From positions 5,753 to 69,752 of the forward strand of contig JBBSEC010000003.1 in NCBI GenBank assembly GCA_038240075.1: DNA of 64,000 nucleotides. Reading direction: 5' to 3'. A program made the position numbers and the translations under genes. The notes beneath the pieces are model-generated. The model saw only the letters and a program-made list of their open reading frames with translations. It did not search any database and had not been told where the DNA came from. Below are positions 52,898 through 62,036 of the stretch, piece after piece (position 1 is the first letter of the stretch; each line of letters starts with the position of its first letter). This stretch comes from Acidimicrobiia bacterium (GTDB taxonomy: Bacteria; Actinomycetota; Acidimicrobiia; IMCC26256; PALSA-610).

Positions 52898-53430
52898 ACC
52901 TGCGGTTCGTCAACGAGTGGGGCTCGACCGCCGACGAGCGCGCGGCCGATTGGCCGTGCGATCACCTGCTTCCCGGCGCCGATGTTGCCTTGTACCGGTC
53001 GGCCGACGTCGCCGCGCCGGTCGACGTCGCGTTCCGTTGGCTCTGCCAGCTCCGCGTCGCGCCCTACAGCTACGACTGGCTCGACAATGGCGGCGTGCGG
53101 AGCCCGCGCACGCTCACTCCCGGCCTCGACCAGCTCGAAGTGGGGCAGCGCATGATGATCTTCGACCTCGTCGAGTTCACGCCCGGCGAGGAGATCACCC
53201 TGCGGGCCCGCGGTGAGCTCTTCGGCCCGGTCGTCATCACGTACCGCGTCTACGCGACGAGCGCCACGACGTGCAGGCTGACGGCGAAGATCCTGCTGCG
53301 GCACCGCCGCGGCGCACTCGGTCTCCTCTGGCGAGCGGTGCTCCCGGCCGGCGATCTCGTGATGATGCGCAAACAGCTGCGTACGCTCGCTCGCCTCGCC
53401 GAAGCCAACGTCCATGGTCAATACGCCTAG
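52894..53430 (+). CDS. SRPBCC-like protein
   Basis: GTGA overlap with merR. 178 aa. Part of shadow ORF 52294..53430. Confidence 0.6.
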   Translation: MNLRFVNEWGSTADERAADWPCDHLLPGADVALYRSADVAAPVDVAFRWLCQLRVAPYSYDWLDNGGVRSPRTLTPGLDQLEVGQRMMIFDLVEFTPGEEITLRARGELFGPVVITYRVYATSATTCRLTAKILLRHRRGALGLLWRAVLPAGDLVMMRKQLRTLARLAEANVHGQYA

Positions 53431-54578
53431 TCAAGCGCGCGCGTGGCCTCGAGGCGGACGCGGAAATCGGGATCGGAAACACAGGCTGCGACCGCGGCTC
53501 GACTCGACGCGACACCGAGCGTCGCGATCCCGTGCACGGCCTTCCAACGGGTCCACGCGTCGGCGTCGGTCAGCGCATGCTCCAGCAGCGCGCGGAGCGG
53601 CTCGCGCTGCGCGTCGCCGACAGCATCGATGACGCTCCGGCGCACGCTCCGGCTGGGGTCGGCCAGCAGCCGTTCCCAGGTTTGCCTCGCGACGGCCTCC
53701 GGCGCGTCGGCAAGGAGCGCGGCGGCGACCTGTCGCCGCGCGGGCTCGGTGTCGGCGCTCGCCCCGAGGATGCGCTCGAGATCGTCGGGACGGTCGGCCC
53801 GTAGCGCGCCGAGGTCAGCCCACGCGCGTTCGAGCCGGCGCGGCGCTCGGTCGGCGGTGGCGGGCGACGTGTTCGCGCGATCGTCGGCAGCCGGCGCCGC
53901 GGTCGCGGTCGCGGCCGCGCCCGCGCCCGCGACTGGCGCGCCGGTGAACGCTTCCGCGATCACGCGCAACATCGGTGCCAGCAGCATCTCCCACTGATCG
54001 GGTCGCGCGATCGTGACCGCGACGAAGTCGGGGCCGACCAGCACGTTCGTGACCGCCGCGAACGCGTCGAACAGCTGTCGCGCCCGCGGGTCTTCGGAGG
54101 CTTCGTCGGCCGAGTTGTAGAACCGGCTCGCCCCGGTGTGCAGTGGGGGAGTGCCGAAGCGGATCGTGCGGGGACTCGGTGTCGCCTCGGGCACGACGTC
54201 CGACTCGAACGTGAGGCCGAGATCAGAGGGCGCGGCGAGATCGTCGACGTCGGTCGCTGACGCGCTCGCCGAGACTTCCTGAGTCACTCGCAGGACGAAC
54301 GGCCCCGAATCCCAGCCCCACAACAGCGTGAGCTCGTCATCGAGTGCGAGAAGCCGCTCGCCCGCGCCGGGCCCGACGATCGCGGCGAGCGTCTCGTCGT
54401 CACTGCTCGTCCACGGTTGGTCGGAGAAGAAGCGCTTGAGGAGCTGCTTCACCGGCGTGAGCACTTCGAGGGGAAGGTTCCTGACGGTTTCGGTGAGCGC
54501 GCCGATCGCCGCTGCGGTCAGGCCGCGTTGCACGACTGCGGTTCGGGCCGCATCGAGATCGGGTCCGGGCGCGCGCAT
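53427..54578 (-). CDS. protein with Nfu/NifU-N-like scaffold segment and HEAT-like C-terminal repeats
   Basis: ATG at 54578-54576. RFYNSADEASEDPRARQLFDAFAAVTNVLVGPDFVAVT, and a C-terminal RSVRRSVIDAVG...DPDFRVRLEA. Confidence 0.6.
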   Translation of the reverse strand: MRAPGPDLDAARTAVVQRGLTAAAIGALTETVRNLPLEVLTPVKQLLKRFFSDQPWTSSDDETLAAIVGPGAGERLLALDDELTLLWGWDSGPFVLRVTQEVSASASATDVDDLAAPSDLGLTFESDVVPEATPSPRTIRFGTPPLHTGASRFYNSADEASEDPRARQLFDAFAAVTNVLVGPDFVAVTIARPDQWEMLLAPMLRVIAEAFTGAPVAGAGAAATATAAPAADDRANTSPATADRAPRRLERAWADLGALRADRPDDLERILGASADTEPARRQVAAALLADAPEAVARQTWERLLADPSRSVRRSVIDAVGDAQREPLRALLEHALTDADAWTRWKAVHGIATLGVASSRAAVAACVSDPDFRVRLEATRALD

Positions 54579-54613
54579 ACGGCGTCGACGGTACAACGGG
54601 GCATACTCGGACG

Positions 54614-54832
54614 ATGCAGCCGTCGACCGCGGTCGAGGCCATCCGCAACGCGCACGTGTGGTTCGAGACGAACAGCGGATGGGCCCCACCCGACGAAGAC
54701 ATCCTCGCCGAGTGGGTGGCCGACGGCGTGTGCCGCTGTCCCGACGACTGCATCGTCGCGCCCGAGGCATGGTGCGACCACGGCCTCGCGTCGTGGTGGC
54801 TGATCACGAGGGCGTTGAACGCAGCCGACTAG
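54614..54832 (+). CDS. small Cys-rich hypothetical protein
   Basis: 72 aa. CRCPDDC...WCDHG. Confidence 0.45.
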   Translation: MQPSTAVEAIRNAHVWFETNSGWAPPDEDILAEWVADGVCRCPDDCIVAPEAWCDHGLASWWLITRALNAAD

Positions 54833-54863
54833 GACCGTGAGCCGTGTGACCGGCCCGCGGCAC

Positions 54864-55520
54864 TCATTGCATCGGAGTGGCGACCGCCGTGAACGTGTTC
54901 CCGGGGCCGGGAACGACGAGGTTCAGCGCCTTCGTCGACGCGCCGCAGTTCTGCAGCGGCGGGATCGTGTAGGTACCGCTGAAGATCCCGTCAGTGATCA
55001 GGCCGGACATCGTCACGACGACTGGTTTCGACGTCTTGCACGAGTTCCCGACCAGGTTGACCGACGGCAACGCGATCGGGTTGACGCTCACGATCTGGAT
55101 GCTGACCGTGGCGGTCGCAGTGACCATGGCCGTGCTGAGGTCCACGCTGCCCGTGACCGGCTTCACCTGCGTCATCTTGAACGTCGCCGTGGCCAGCGGC
55201 AGACCCGCGACCTTGAACGGAGCCTTCGCCGCCGGCAGGGTGATCGCGCCGGTGAGCTGGCTCGTGGCGATGTCGATCGAGCCCGTGAACGTCCCCCGGG
55301 GGACGGTGACCGTCTGCTTGAGCTTCTTCAGCGTCGTTTTGGCATCGATCCAGTAGCTGAACGGCAGCGAGGCCGCGGGCTGCGCGGCGGCATTGCTCGC
55401 GGAGGTCGACTTCGCGGAGGAGGTCCGGGCCGAAGCCGGCGTGCTCGCGACCCCGACCATGGAGGCCCCCAGCACTGCGGCGGACACCACGACGACGGCA
55501 CGACGAATCATCGGTGACAT
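54864..55520 (-). CDS. secreted hypothetical protein
   Basis: Signal peptide MSPMIRRAVVVVSAAVLGASMVGVASTPASA, followed by a Thr/Val-rich beta-type sequence. Confidence 0.7.
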   Translation of the reverse strand: MSPMIRRAVVVVSAAVLGASMVGVASTPASARTSSAKSTSASNAAAQPAASLPFSYWIDAKTTLKKLKQTVTVPRGTFTGSIDIATSQLTGAITLPAAKAPFKVAGLPLATATFKMTQVKPVTGSVDLSTAMVTATATVSIQIVSVNPIALPSVNLVGNSCKTSKPVVVTMSGLITDGIFSGTYTIPPLQNCGASTKALNLVVPGPGNTFTAVATPMQ

Positions 55521-55590
55521 CTGAACTCCCCCGTTGTGTGAACCACGACCGCCGGTCCGTACCCGAGGTCGACGGCTGGCAAACCGGATC

Positions 55591-55608
55591 TTCCGGAATC
55601 TTCCGGAA
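55591..55608. promoter_or_regulatory. two TTCCGGAA palindromes one helical turn apart
   Basis: TTCCGGAATCTTCCGGAA lies about 70-90 nt upstream of the secreted-protein start (55520). Confidence 0.4.
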
Positions 55609-55673
55609 ACTTTCGGGCGTGACGACGGGCGGGAGCTCGGGGGAGCTCCCGCCCGTGCCGGACGCCGTGGGGG

Positions 55674-56057
55674 TTACAGGGATGCGGTCGCCGAGCAGAT
55701 CTCGCCCGTGGCCTGGTTCGTCGCCGAGGCGGTCACCATGTCGGTGCCGGCCCGGTTCGGGATGAGGCGGCGCACCTCGAACGAGCCGCTGGGCGCGCTC
55801 GTCGTGGCGTTGGCGTGGGCGACGACGGTGCCGTTGTCCTTGATCGTGACCTTCCACTTCGCGCCGACCACGTTCTGGTCGACCTCGAACTCGGTCTCGA
55901 TGCGGCGGTCGTCGGCCTTCACCTTCAGCTTCGACGAGCTCGCCGCCGTGCACTTGCCTTTCGCAGTGACACCGTTACCGCCCTTGGCGGTCGCGATTCC
56001 GGGCACTGCGATCGCCATGACGGCACCGACGGCGAGGCTTGCGAAGACCTTCTTCAT
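55674..56057 (-). CDS. small secreted hypothetical protein
   Basis: ATG at 56057-56055 follows AAAAGGAG. Signal peptide MKKVFASLAVGAVMAIAVPGIATA. Confidence 0.7.
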   Translation of the reverse strand: MKKVFASLAVGAVMAIAVPGIATAKGGNGVTAKGKCTAASSSKLKVKADDRRIETEFEVDQNVVGAKWKVTIKDNGTVVAHANATTSAPSGSFEVRRLIPNRAGTDMVTASATNQATGEICSATASL

Positions 56058-56120
56058 TGCTGGCTCCTTTTGGGGGTTCGGAAGTGTGAAGCCAGTGTCC
56101 GGGCTGCCGGGCGCGCGCAT

Positions 56121-56134
56121 CCATCGCGCGATGG
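56121..56134. promoter_or_regulatory. perfect 14-bp palindrome in a divergent promoter region
   Basis: CCATCGCGCGATGG lies between the gene starts at 56057 (minus strand) and 56197 (plus strand). Confidence 0.3.
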
Positions 56135-56196
56135 TCCTACGACCAGTGCGGGATTAGCGTGCGGCGCGCAGACGAACGCCGTGGGGAGGTGGACCG

Positions 56197-56916
56197 ATGC
56201 CGAAGCAGGTGGTCAGCAGGCGGCTCGCGACCCGTGCGAGCCGCACGAAGCGACTCGGGCGTCACGTCGAGCACGATTCGCGGAGCTGGTACTACCAGGC
56301 ACCGCGCGCGCCGCGGATTCGCAGCGTGTTGCACACGTCGTTCGACCTCCCGTTCAACCAGGGCGGCCTCAACAGCTGCTCGGGCAACGCCGCGGCCGGG
56401 CTGCTGATGACGCGACCGTTCCACCGGCGCGGCCGCGCGCTCACCGAAGGCGACGCGATCGATCTCTATCGCCGAGCGACCTTCGTCGACGCGTTTGCCG
56501 GCACGTTCCCGACCGCGGATCCCGGCAGCAGCGGGCTCGCGGTCATGAAGGTCGCGCGTGAGCTCGGCTACGTGCGGGCGTACGGTCACGCGTTCGGTCT
56601 CGAACACGCGCTGCAGACGCTGGTGCTCGCGCCGGTGATCACCGGTGTGAACTGGTACTCGACGTTCGATCACCCGCGTGCACGCGACGCGGTGATTCAC
56701 AAGCGCGGCGCATCGGTCGGCGCGCACGAGTTCCTCGTCGTCGGAATCGACACCGACACGCAGATGGTGCGCGCCTGCAACAGCTGGGGCCCGGATTGGG
56801 GCGACCGCGGCTACTTCCAGTTCAGCTGGGCCCTGTGCGAGGAGCTCCTGTACCTCAACGGCGACGTCACGACCGCGATCGTCGCGCCGGGTCGACGGAG
56901 CCCGAAGCCCCGGTAG
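56197..56916 (+). CDS. papain-like (C1) cysteine peptidase, no signal peptide
   Basis: NQGGLNSCSGNA (Gln/Cys), GAHEFLVVG (His), NSWGPDWGDRGYF (Asn-Ser-Trp). Confidence 0.7.
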   Translation: MPKQVVSRRLATRASRTKRLGRHVEHDSRSWYYQAPRAPRIRSVLHTSFDLPFNQGGLNSCSGNAAAGLLMTRPFHRRGRALTEGDAIDLYRRATFVDAFAGTFPTADPGSSGLAVMKVARELGYVRAYGHAFGLEHALQTLVLAPVITGVNWYSTFDHPRARDAVIHKRGASVGAHEFLVVGIDTDTQMVRACNSWGPDWGDRGYFQFSWALCEELLYLNGDVTTAIVAPGRRSPKPR

Positions 56917-56929
56917 CCCGGAGCCCCGC

Positions 56930-58573
56930 TCAGGGTGCGCGCGCGATCTCCGCCGCCCACCGGTAGTCGGGCTTCCCCGCGGCGGAACGTTCGACGTGGT
57001 CGACGATCACGAGCGCACGCGGCAGCTTGTAACCGGCGAGGTTCGGGCGGCAGTGGTTCCTGATCGCATCGAGCGTGAGCACGGCGCCGTCGTCGGTGGC
57101 CGCGACCACGACGACGCGTTGACCGAAGCGGTCGTCGGGCGCACCGACGACGATCGCGTCGCTGACCCCTGGGACCGTTTTGACGACGGCTTCGACCTCT
57201 TCGGGGTACACCTTCTCGCCACCGGTGTTGATGCAGAGCGAACCGCGCCCGAGGAGCTGGATGCTGCCGTCGGCGTCGACGGTGGCCATGTCGCCGGGCA
57301 GTGCCCAGCGCGCGCCGTCGATCTCGACGAAGGTGCGAGCGCTCTTCTCCGCGTCGCGGTAGTAGCCGAGCGGTACCCGGCCCCGCGTCGCGAGCCGTCC
57401 GATCGCGCCCGTGCCCGCCGCGATCGGACGCAGCTCGTCGTCGACGACCATCGTCGTCTCGCGCGCGTCGAAGCGCAGGGTCTGGCTCGCCGCCTCGTCG
57501 CGGCGCGCCACCGCGACCGCCTGCACCGGCGACTCCGACGATCCGATCGCTTCGGTGATCGCGAGCACGCTCGGAAGCGCGGCGAGCAGTCGCTGTTTGA
57601 CGTCGGACGAAAGGATGGCGCCGCCCGAACCGAGCAGCTGCAGCGACGACGTGTCGTAGCGCGCCGGGTCGGCCTCGATCTCGTCGAGGAGTGGACGCCC
57701 GCTCGCATCGCCGACGAGCGTGAGCATCACGACCCGCTCGCGTTCGACGAGCGTGAGCACGTGCGCCATGTCGATGCTGCGCCCGGTGTAGATCACGACC
57801 GTGCCGCCGGCGAGCAGGGTGCCGAGCGCCGACCACTGGCCGCTCGCGTGCATGAGCGGACCGAGCGCGAGCACCACGAACTGCTCAGGCTCGGGGTCGC
57901 CCGGGCGCAGGAACGGTGTGAGGCGCTGCGACCGGTTCACCAGCACGGTCTGGGCGATGTCGGCCGGGTCCTCGATCGGCAGGCCACCGGGGTTCCCGCC
58001 GCCGAGCGTCGCGAAGAACATGTCTTCCTGCCGCCAGACGACACCCTTCGGCATGCCGGTGGTGCCGCCCGTGTAGAGCACGTAGTGGTCGTCGGCCGAA
58101 CGGGGCGCGAACGCGCGGGTTGTCGATGCGCCCGCCAGCGCGGCTTCGTACGCGAGCGCTCCGCTGGGCTCGCCGGCGCCGCCGATCTCGACGAACACGC
58201 GCACCTCCGTCAACCGCGGCCGCAGCGCGTCGACGATGTCGCGGTACTCGGCTCCGTACACGAGCGCGACGATCTCGGAGTCGGCGAGGAGATACGCGAG
58301 CTCCTCGGTGCCGTACCGGTAGTTGACGTTGATCGGCACCGCACGCCGCTTGTAGCAACCGAGCATCACCTCGAGGTGCTCGGCCTGGTTGTGGACGTAG
58401 AGACCGACGTGCTCACCGACGCCGACTCCGGCGGCCGCGACGACGTGCGCGAAGCGGGTGCTCCGGTCGTCAAGCGTCGTGTAGCTGAGCCGTTGGTCGC
58501 CGGAGACGATCGCGGTTCGATCCGGCACGGTGTCGGCGACCACCTCGAAGCAATCCGCAAAGTTGAACTGCAT
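56930..58573 (-). CDS. AMP-dependent acyl-CoA synthetase/ligase
   Basis: 547 aa. YTGGTTGMPKGV AMP motif and a GEKVYPEEVE C-terminal motif. Confidence 0.9.
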   Translation of the reverse strand: MQFNFADCFEVVADTVPDRTAIVSGDQRLSYTTLDDRSTRFAHVVAAAGVGVGEHVGLYVHNQAEHLEVMLGCYKRRAVPINVNYRYGTEELAYLLADSEIVALVYGAEYRDIVDALRPRLTEVRVFVEIGGAGEPSGALAYEAALAGASTTRAFAPRSADDHYVLYTGGTTGMPKGVVWRQEDMFFATLGGGNPGGLPIEDPADIAQTVLVNRSQRLTPFLRPGDPEPEQFVVLALGPLMHASGQWSALGTLLAGGTVVIYTGRSIDMAHVLTLVERERVVMLTLVGDASGRPLLDEIEADPARYDTSSLQLLGSGGAILSSDVKQRLLAALPSVLAITEAIGSSESPVQAVAVARRDEAASQTLRFDARETTMVVDDELRPIAAGTGAIGRLATRGRVPLGYYRDAEKSARTFVEIDGARWALPGDMATVDADGSIQLLGRGSLCINTGGEKVYPEEVEAVVKTVPGVSDAIVVGAPDDRFGQRVVVVAATDDGAVLTLDAIRNHCRPNLAGYKLPRALVIVDHVERSAAGKPDYRWAAEIARAP

Positions 58574-58592
58574 GTAAATTTGATTCTGCCTT

Positions 58593-59909
58593 ATGACGAC
58601 GCCTGCCGATCTCGCGACGCTGCTCGTACGCCCCGACGGCGTGGTCCCGAAGGCGCGCTACACGTCACGCGCCTTCGCGGAGCTCGAGATGGAGCGGTTG
58701 TGGAGCCGGGTCTGGCAGGTCGCGTGCCGCGAGGAAGAGATCGCGGCGCCGGGCGACTTCTTCGAGTACACGATCGGCGACCAGTCGATCCTCGTGGTGC
58801 GGGGCGACGACGGTGAGATCCGGGCGTTCTTCAACCACTGTCTCCACCGCGGCACCCGTCTCGCGTCGGGTATCGGCAACTTCGCCGACGGTCAGATCCG
58901 CTGCCGCTATCACGCGTGGCAGTACGCGCTCGACGGCGAGCTGGTCGAGGTCGTCGACCGTCACGAGTTCATCGACCTTCCCGACGGCCTCCGCCTCGGC
59001 GAGGTGCGCGCGGAGTGCTGGGGCGGCTTCGTGTTCGTCAACCCCGACACTGCGGCCGCGCCGCTGCTGCTCGATTTCCTGCATCCGATCCCGAAGCTTC
59101 TCGACCGGTACCACCTCGATCAGATGCGCTTCCGGTCGTATCAGACGACGATCCTTCCCGCGAACTGGAAAGTCGTTGTCGACGCGTTCAACGAGGGCTA
59201 CCACGTGCAGGGCACGCATCCGCAGCTGCTCGCGTGGACCGACGATGTCGGCATCGAGTACGAGCAGTTCGAGACGCACGCGCGCTACGGACGGCTCGAG
59301 AACTCGCGGCGCCGGCTCATGCCGAGCCCGCGCCTCGGTCTGCGCGACGACGAGATCGACGAAGGCGCGATCCTGAGCGGGCTCGTGGCCGGCCTCGGTG
59401 GCGCGTTCCTCGGTGAGGAGCGCGCGCTCGTCGAGGAGCTGCGTGCGTCGACACCGCCGGGCGAGTTGCTCGCCGCGTATCAGAAGCGACGCAAAGAGCT
59501 GCTGCAGGCGCGCGGCCTCGACGTGAGCGAGCTCGGCGACGAGTTGATGACGAGTGCCGACGACATCTACTGGTTCCCGAACCTCGTCGGCCCGATCTAC
59601 CCGGGCAGCGCGATCCTCTTCCGCGTGCGGCCCAACGGTCTCGATCCCGACTCCGCGGTCAAGGACACCTGGGTGCTCGAGTGGCCGGCACCCGGGCGCG
59701 AGCCGCGGCCGCTGAAGCGCACGTTCTATGCCGACTGGCACGAGCACGACTGGGGCCTCATCACCACCCAGGACTACGACAACATGCTCGAGGTGCAGAC
59801 CGGCATGAAGTCACGTGGCTTCGACGGGCTCCGCCTCAACCCGCGTCAAGAGGGCAACGTCGCCCACATGCACCGCGTGATCGACCGCTACCTCACTGCT
59901 GACCGGTGA
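58593..59909 (+). CDS. Rieske non-heme iron oxygenase alpha subunit
   Basis: CLHRGTRL...CRYHAWQY Rieske motif and NEGYHVQGTHP iron site. Confidence 0.9.
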   Translation: MTTPADLATLLVRPDGVVPKARYTSRAFAELEMERLWSRVWQVACREEEIAAPGDFFEYTIGDQSILVVRGDDGEIRAFFNHCLHRGTRLASGIGNFADGQIRCRYHAWQYALDGELVEVVDRHEFIDLPDGLRLGEVRAECWGGFVFVNPDTAAAPLLLDFLHPIPKLLDRYHLDQMRFRSYQTTILPANWKVVVDAFNEGYHVQGTHPQLLAWTDDVGIEYEQFETHARYGRLENSRRRLMPSPRLGLRDDEIDEGAILSGLVAGLGGAFLGEERALVEELRASTPPGELLAAYQKRRKELLQARGLDVSELGDELMTSADDIYWFPNLVGPIYPGSAILFRVRPNGLDPDSAVKDTWVLEWPAPGREPRPLKRTFYADWHEHDWGLITTQDYDNMLEVQTGMKSRGFDGLRLNPRQEGNVAHMHRVIDRYLTADR

Positions 59910-61071
59910 GCAGCCGCGCGTTGTCGCGGAGGATGAGCCTGCGCTCGTCGTCGTCGAACGACTTCAGCTCGGGGAGATAGTCGAGCGGCTCGGGCATGCC
60001 CTCGATGTGGGGCCAGTCGGAGCCGAAGATGACACGGTCGGCGCCCATGAGCGCGACGGTCTGGGTGACGTCGTCCTCCCAGAACGGGTTGATCCAGACG
60101 TGCTCGCGGAACGACGCGACCGGGTCGACCTGGAAGTAGCCCGGCATCTTGTAGACCGTCGAGCGCAGCTTGTTGAACAGGTCGGGAAGGAACTCCGCAC
60201 CGTTCTCGACCGACGCGATCCGCAACCGGGGGAAGCGCTCGAACAAACGGTCGAACGCGAGGGTGATGAGGAAGTCGTACGCGGCCCGCTCGATGTTGAA
60301 GGTCTTGATCGACGGCTTGTACGTGCCATTGCCGAACGACGCTCCGAACCCGTCGCGCGCGTAGCCGTGTGTCGTGTAGCCGCTGTCGCCCGCATGCGCG
60401 ACGACCGTGATGCCGGCCTCCTGCGCGCGTGCCCAGAACGGATCGAAGTGCTCGTCGCCGGGGGAGAGCGGCCCCGTCGCGGTGAACGCGGCGGCCGGTC
60501 GCATCACGATGATGCGCGCACCCTTGTCGAGCGCCCATTCGAGCTCCTCGACCGCCCAGTCGACGTCGGCGAGCGAGATGTAAGGCGCGGCGAAGATGCG
60601 TTCCTTGTAGTGGAAGCCCCAGTCTTCTTCGAGCCAACGGTTGAACGCGCGGAACGTGATGCCGACGGCCGCGGGGTCGTCGACGAGCAGCTCCTCGTAG
60701 AGCACGCCGAGGGTCGGGAACAACCAGACCGCTTCGAGACCGAACTGGTCGAGCACACCGATGCGCGCGTCGCGGTCGCGGTACTCGGGCCGGATCGGCT
60801 CACGCTCGGAGAGCATCTCGAGCGGGTTCTTGCCCTCGGGGTTGCCGCGGAAGTAGTCGTGGAGCGCGCCGGGCTTGGCGACCGGTGTGAACGTGGGGTT
60901 CACGACCGCATGGCTGACCCGCCCGCCGACCACGTGGTACTTGCGGCCGTTGATCTCGCACCACTGCACCGTGCGGGGTCCGACCCTCGGGTCGAGGTGG
61001 CGGGTGAAGGCGTCGAGCGCCTCGTAATAGTGGTTGTCGGCGTCGAAGGCGGGGTAGTCGAGCTCGCTCAC
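59893..61071 (-). CDS. amidohydrolase-2 family protein
   Basis: 392 aa. FDADNHYYE...FGSDWPHIEG. Confidence 0.9.
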   Translation of the reverse strand: MSELDYPAFDADNHYYEALDAFTRHLDPRVGPRTVQWCEINGRKYHVVGGRVSHAVVNPTFTPVAKPGALHDYFRGNPEGKNPLEMLSEREPIRPEYRDRDARIGVLDQFGLEAVWLFPTLGVLYEELLVDDPAAVGITFRAFNRWLEEDWGFHYKERIFAAPYISLADVDWAVEELEWALDKGARIIVMRPAAAFTATGPLSPGDEHFDPFWARAQEAGITVVAHAGDSGYTTHGYARDGFGASFGNGTYKPSIKTFNIERAAYDFLITLAFDRLFERFPRLRIASVENGAEFLPDLFNKLRSTVYKMPGYFQVDPVASFREHVWINPFWEDDVTQTVALMGADRVIFGSDWPHIEGMPEPLDYLPELKSFDDDERRLILRDNARLLTGQQ

Positions 61072-61094
61072 CGCCGGGATGGTAGACCCGCCTC

Positions 61095-61958
61095 ATGCGG
61101 ATCTTCATCTCGGTCGACATGGAGGGCGTGAGCGGCGTCACCCGTTGGGAAGACGTGATCACGCGGGGCCAGGACTACCAGCGGGCGCGCTCGTGGATGA
61201 CAGCCGATGTCAACGCCGCGGTCGAGGGCGCACGCGCGGCGGGCGCGACCGAGTTCGTCGTCGAGGAGAATCACGGTGTCGAGGCGCTGTGCAATCTGAA
61301 GCTCGACGAGATCGATCCCGAGGTCGAGGTCGTGCGCGGTCAGCCGCGCGGCGGTGCCACGACGATGGCGGCGCTCGACGACTCGTTCGACGCGATCTTC
61401 CTCGTCGGTCACCACGCCAAGGTGGGCGACTATCCCGGCATCTGCGCGCACACGATCAGCTACGGCGAGTATCGCGACGTGCGCCTCGCCGGGCAGTCGG
61501 TGAGCGAGGGCGAGATCTTCGCGACCGCCGCCGCGCAGTACGGCGTGCCGACCGCGCTCATCACCGGCGACGACATCGTCGCGGCCGAGCTCACACGCGT
61601 CTGTCCGGGCATCGAGACCGCGGTGGTGAAGCGCGCGCTGAGCCGGACTGCGGGAGCGATCATTCCGCCGGCACGCGCGCAACGCATCATCTCGGCGGCC
61701 GCGCAACGCGCAACCGAACGCGTGCGCGCGGGCGACATCGCGGCGCCCGACTTCGCGTCACCGTTCGCGATGGAGGTGGAGTTGAGCCACCCGCTCTCCG
61801 ACGCGGCCCGGGAGGCGTTCACCCTGCGGTTCCCCGAGTTCCAGCTCGTCGGCGACCGCACGGTCGCGTTCTCGCAACCCGACATGCACCGCGCGTACCG
61901 CATGGCCGTGATCGTGCAGTTCATCGCCGGCCAGCCCGCGGCGGTGCGGTCGTACTGA
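61095..61958 (+). CDS. M55 family D-aminopeptidase (DppA-like)
   Basis: MRIFISVDMEGVSGV N-terminus, 287 aa. Confidence 0.85.
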   Translation: MRIFISVDMEGVSGVTRWEDVITRGQDYQRARSWMTADVNAAVEGARAAGATEFVVEENHGVEALCNLKLDEIDPEVEVVRGQPRGGATTMAALDDSFDAIFLVGHHAKVGDYPGICAHTISYGEYRDVRLAGQSVSEGEIFATAAAQYGVPTALITGDDIVAAELTRVCPGIETAVVKRALSRTAGAIIPPARAQRIISAAAQRATERVRAGDIAAPDFASPFAMEVELSHPLSDAAREAFTLRFPEFQLVGDRTVAFSQPDMHRAYRMAVIVQFIAGQPAAVRSY

Positions 61959-62036
61959 GCGGTCGTCCCGGGATGATCAGGCCTCCCACACCTCCTGATC
62001 GCCCGACCCCGGGTTCGCTCTCCCCGCAGGGCTCGA

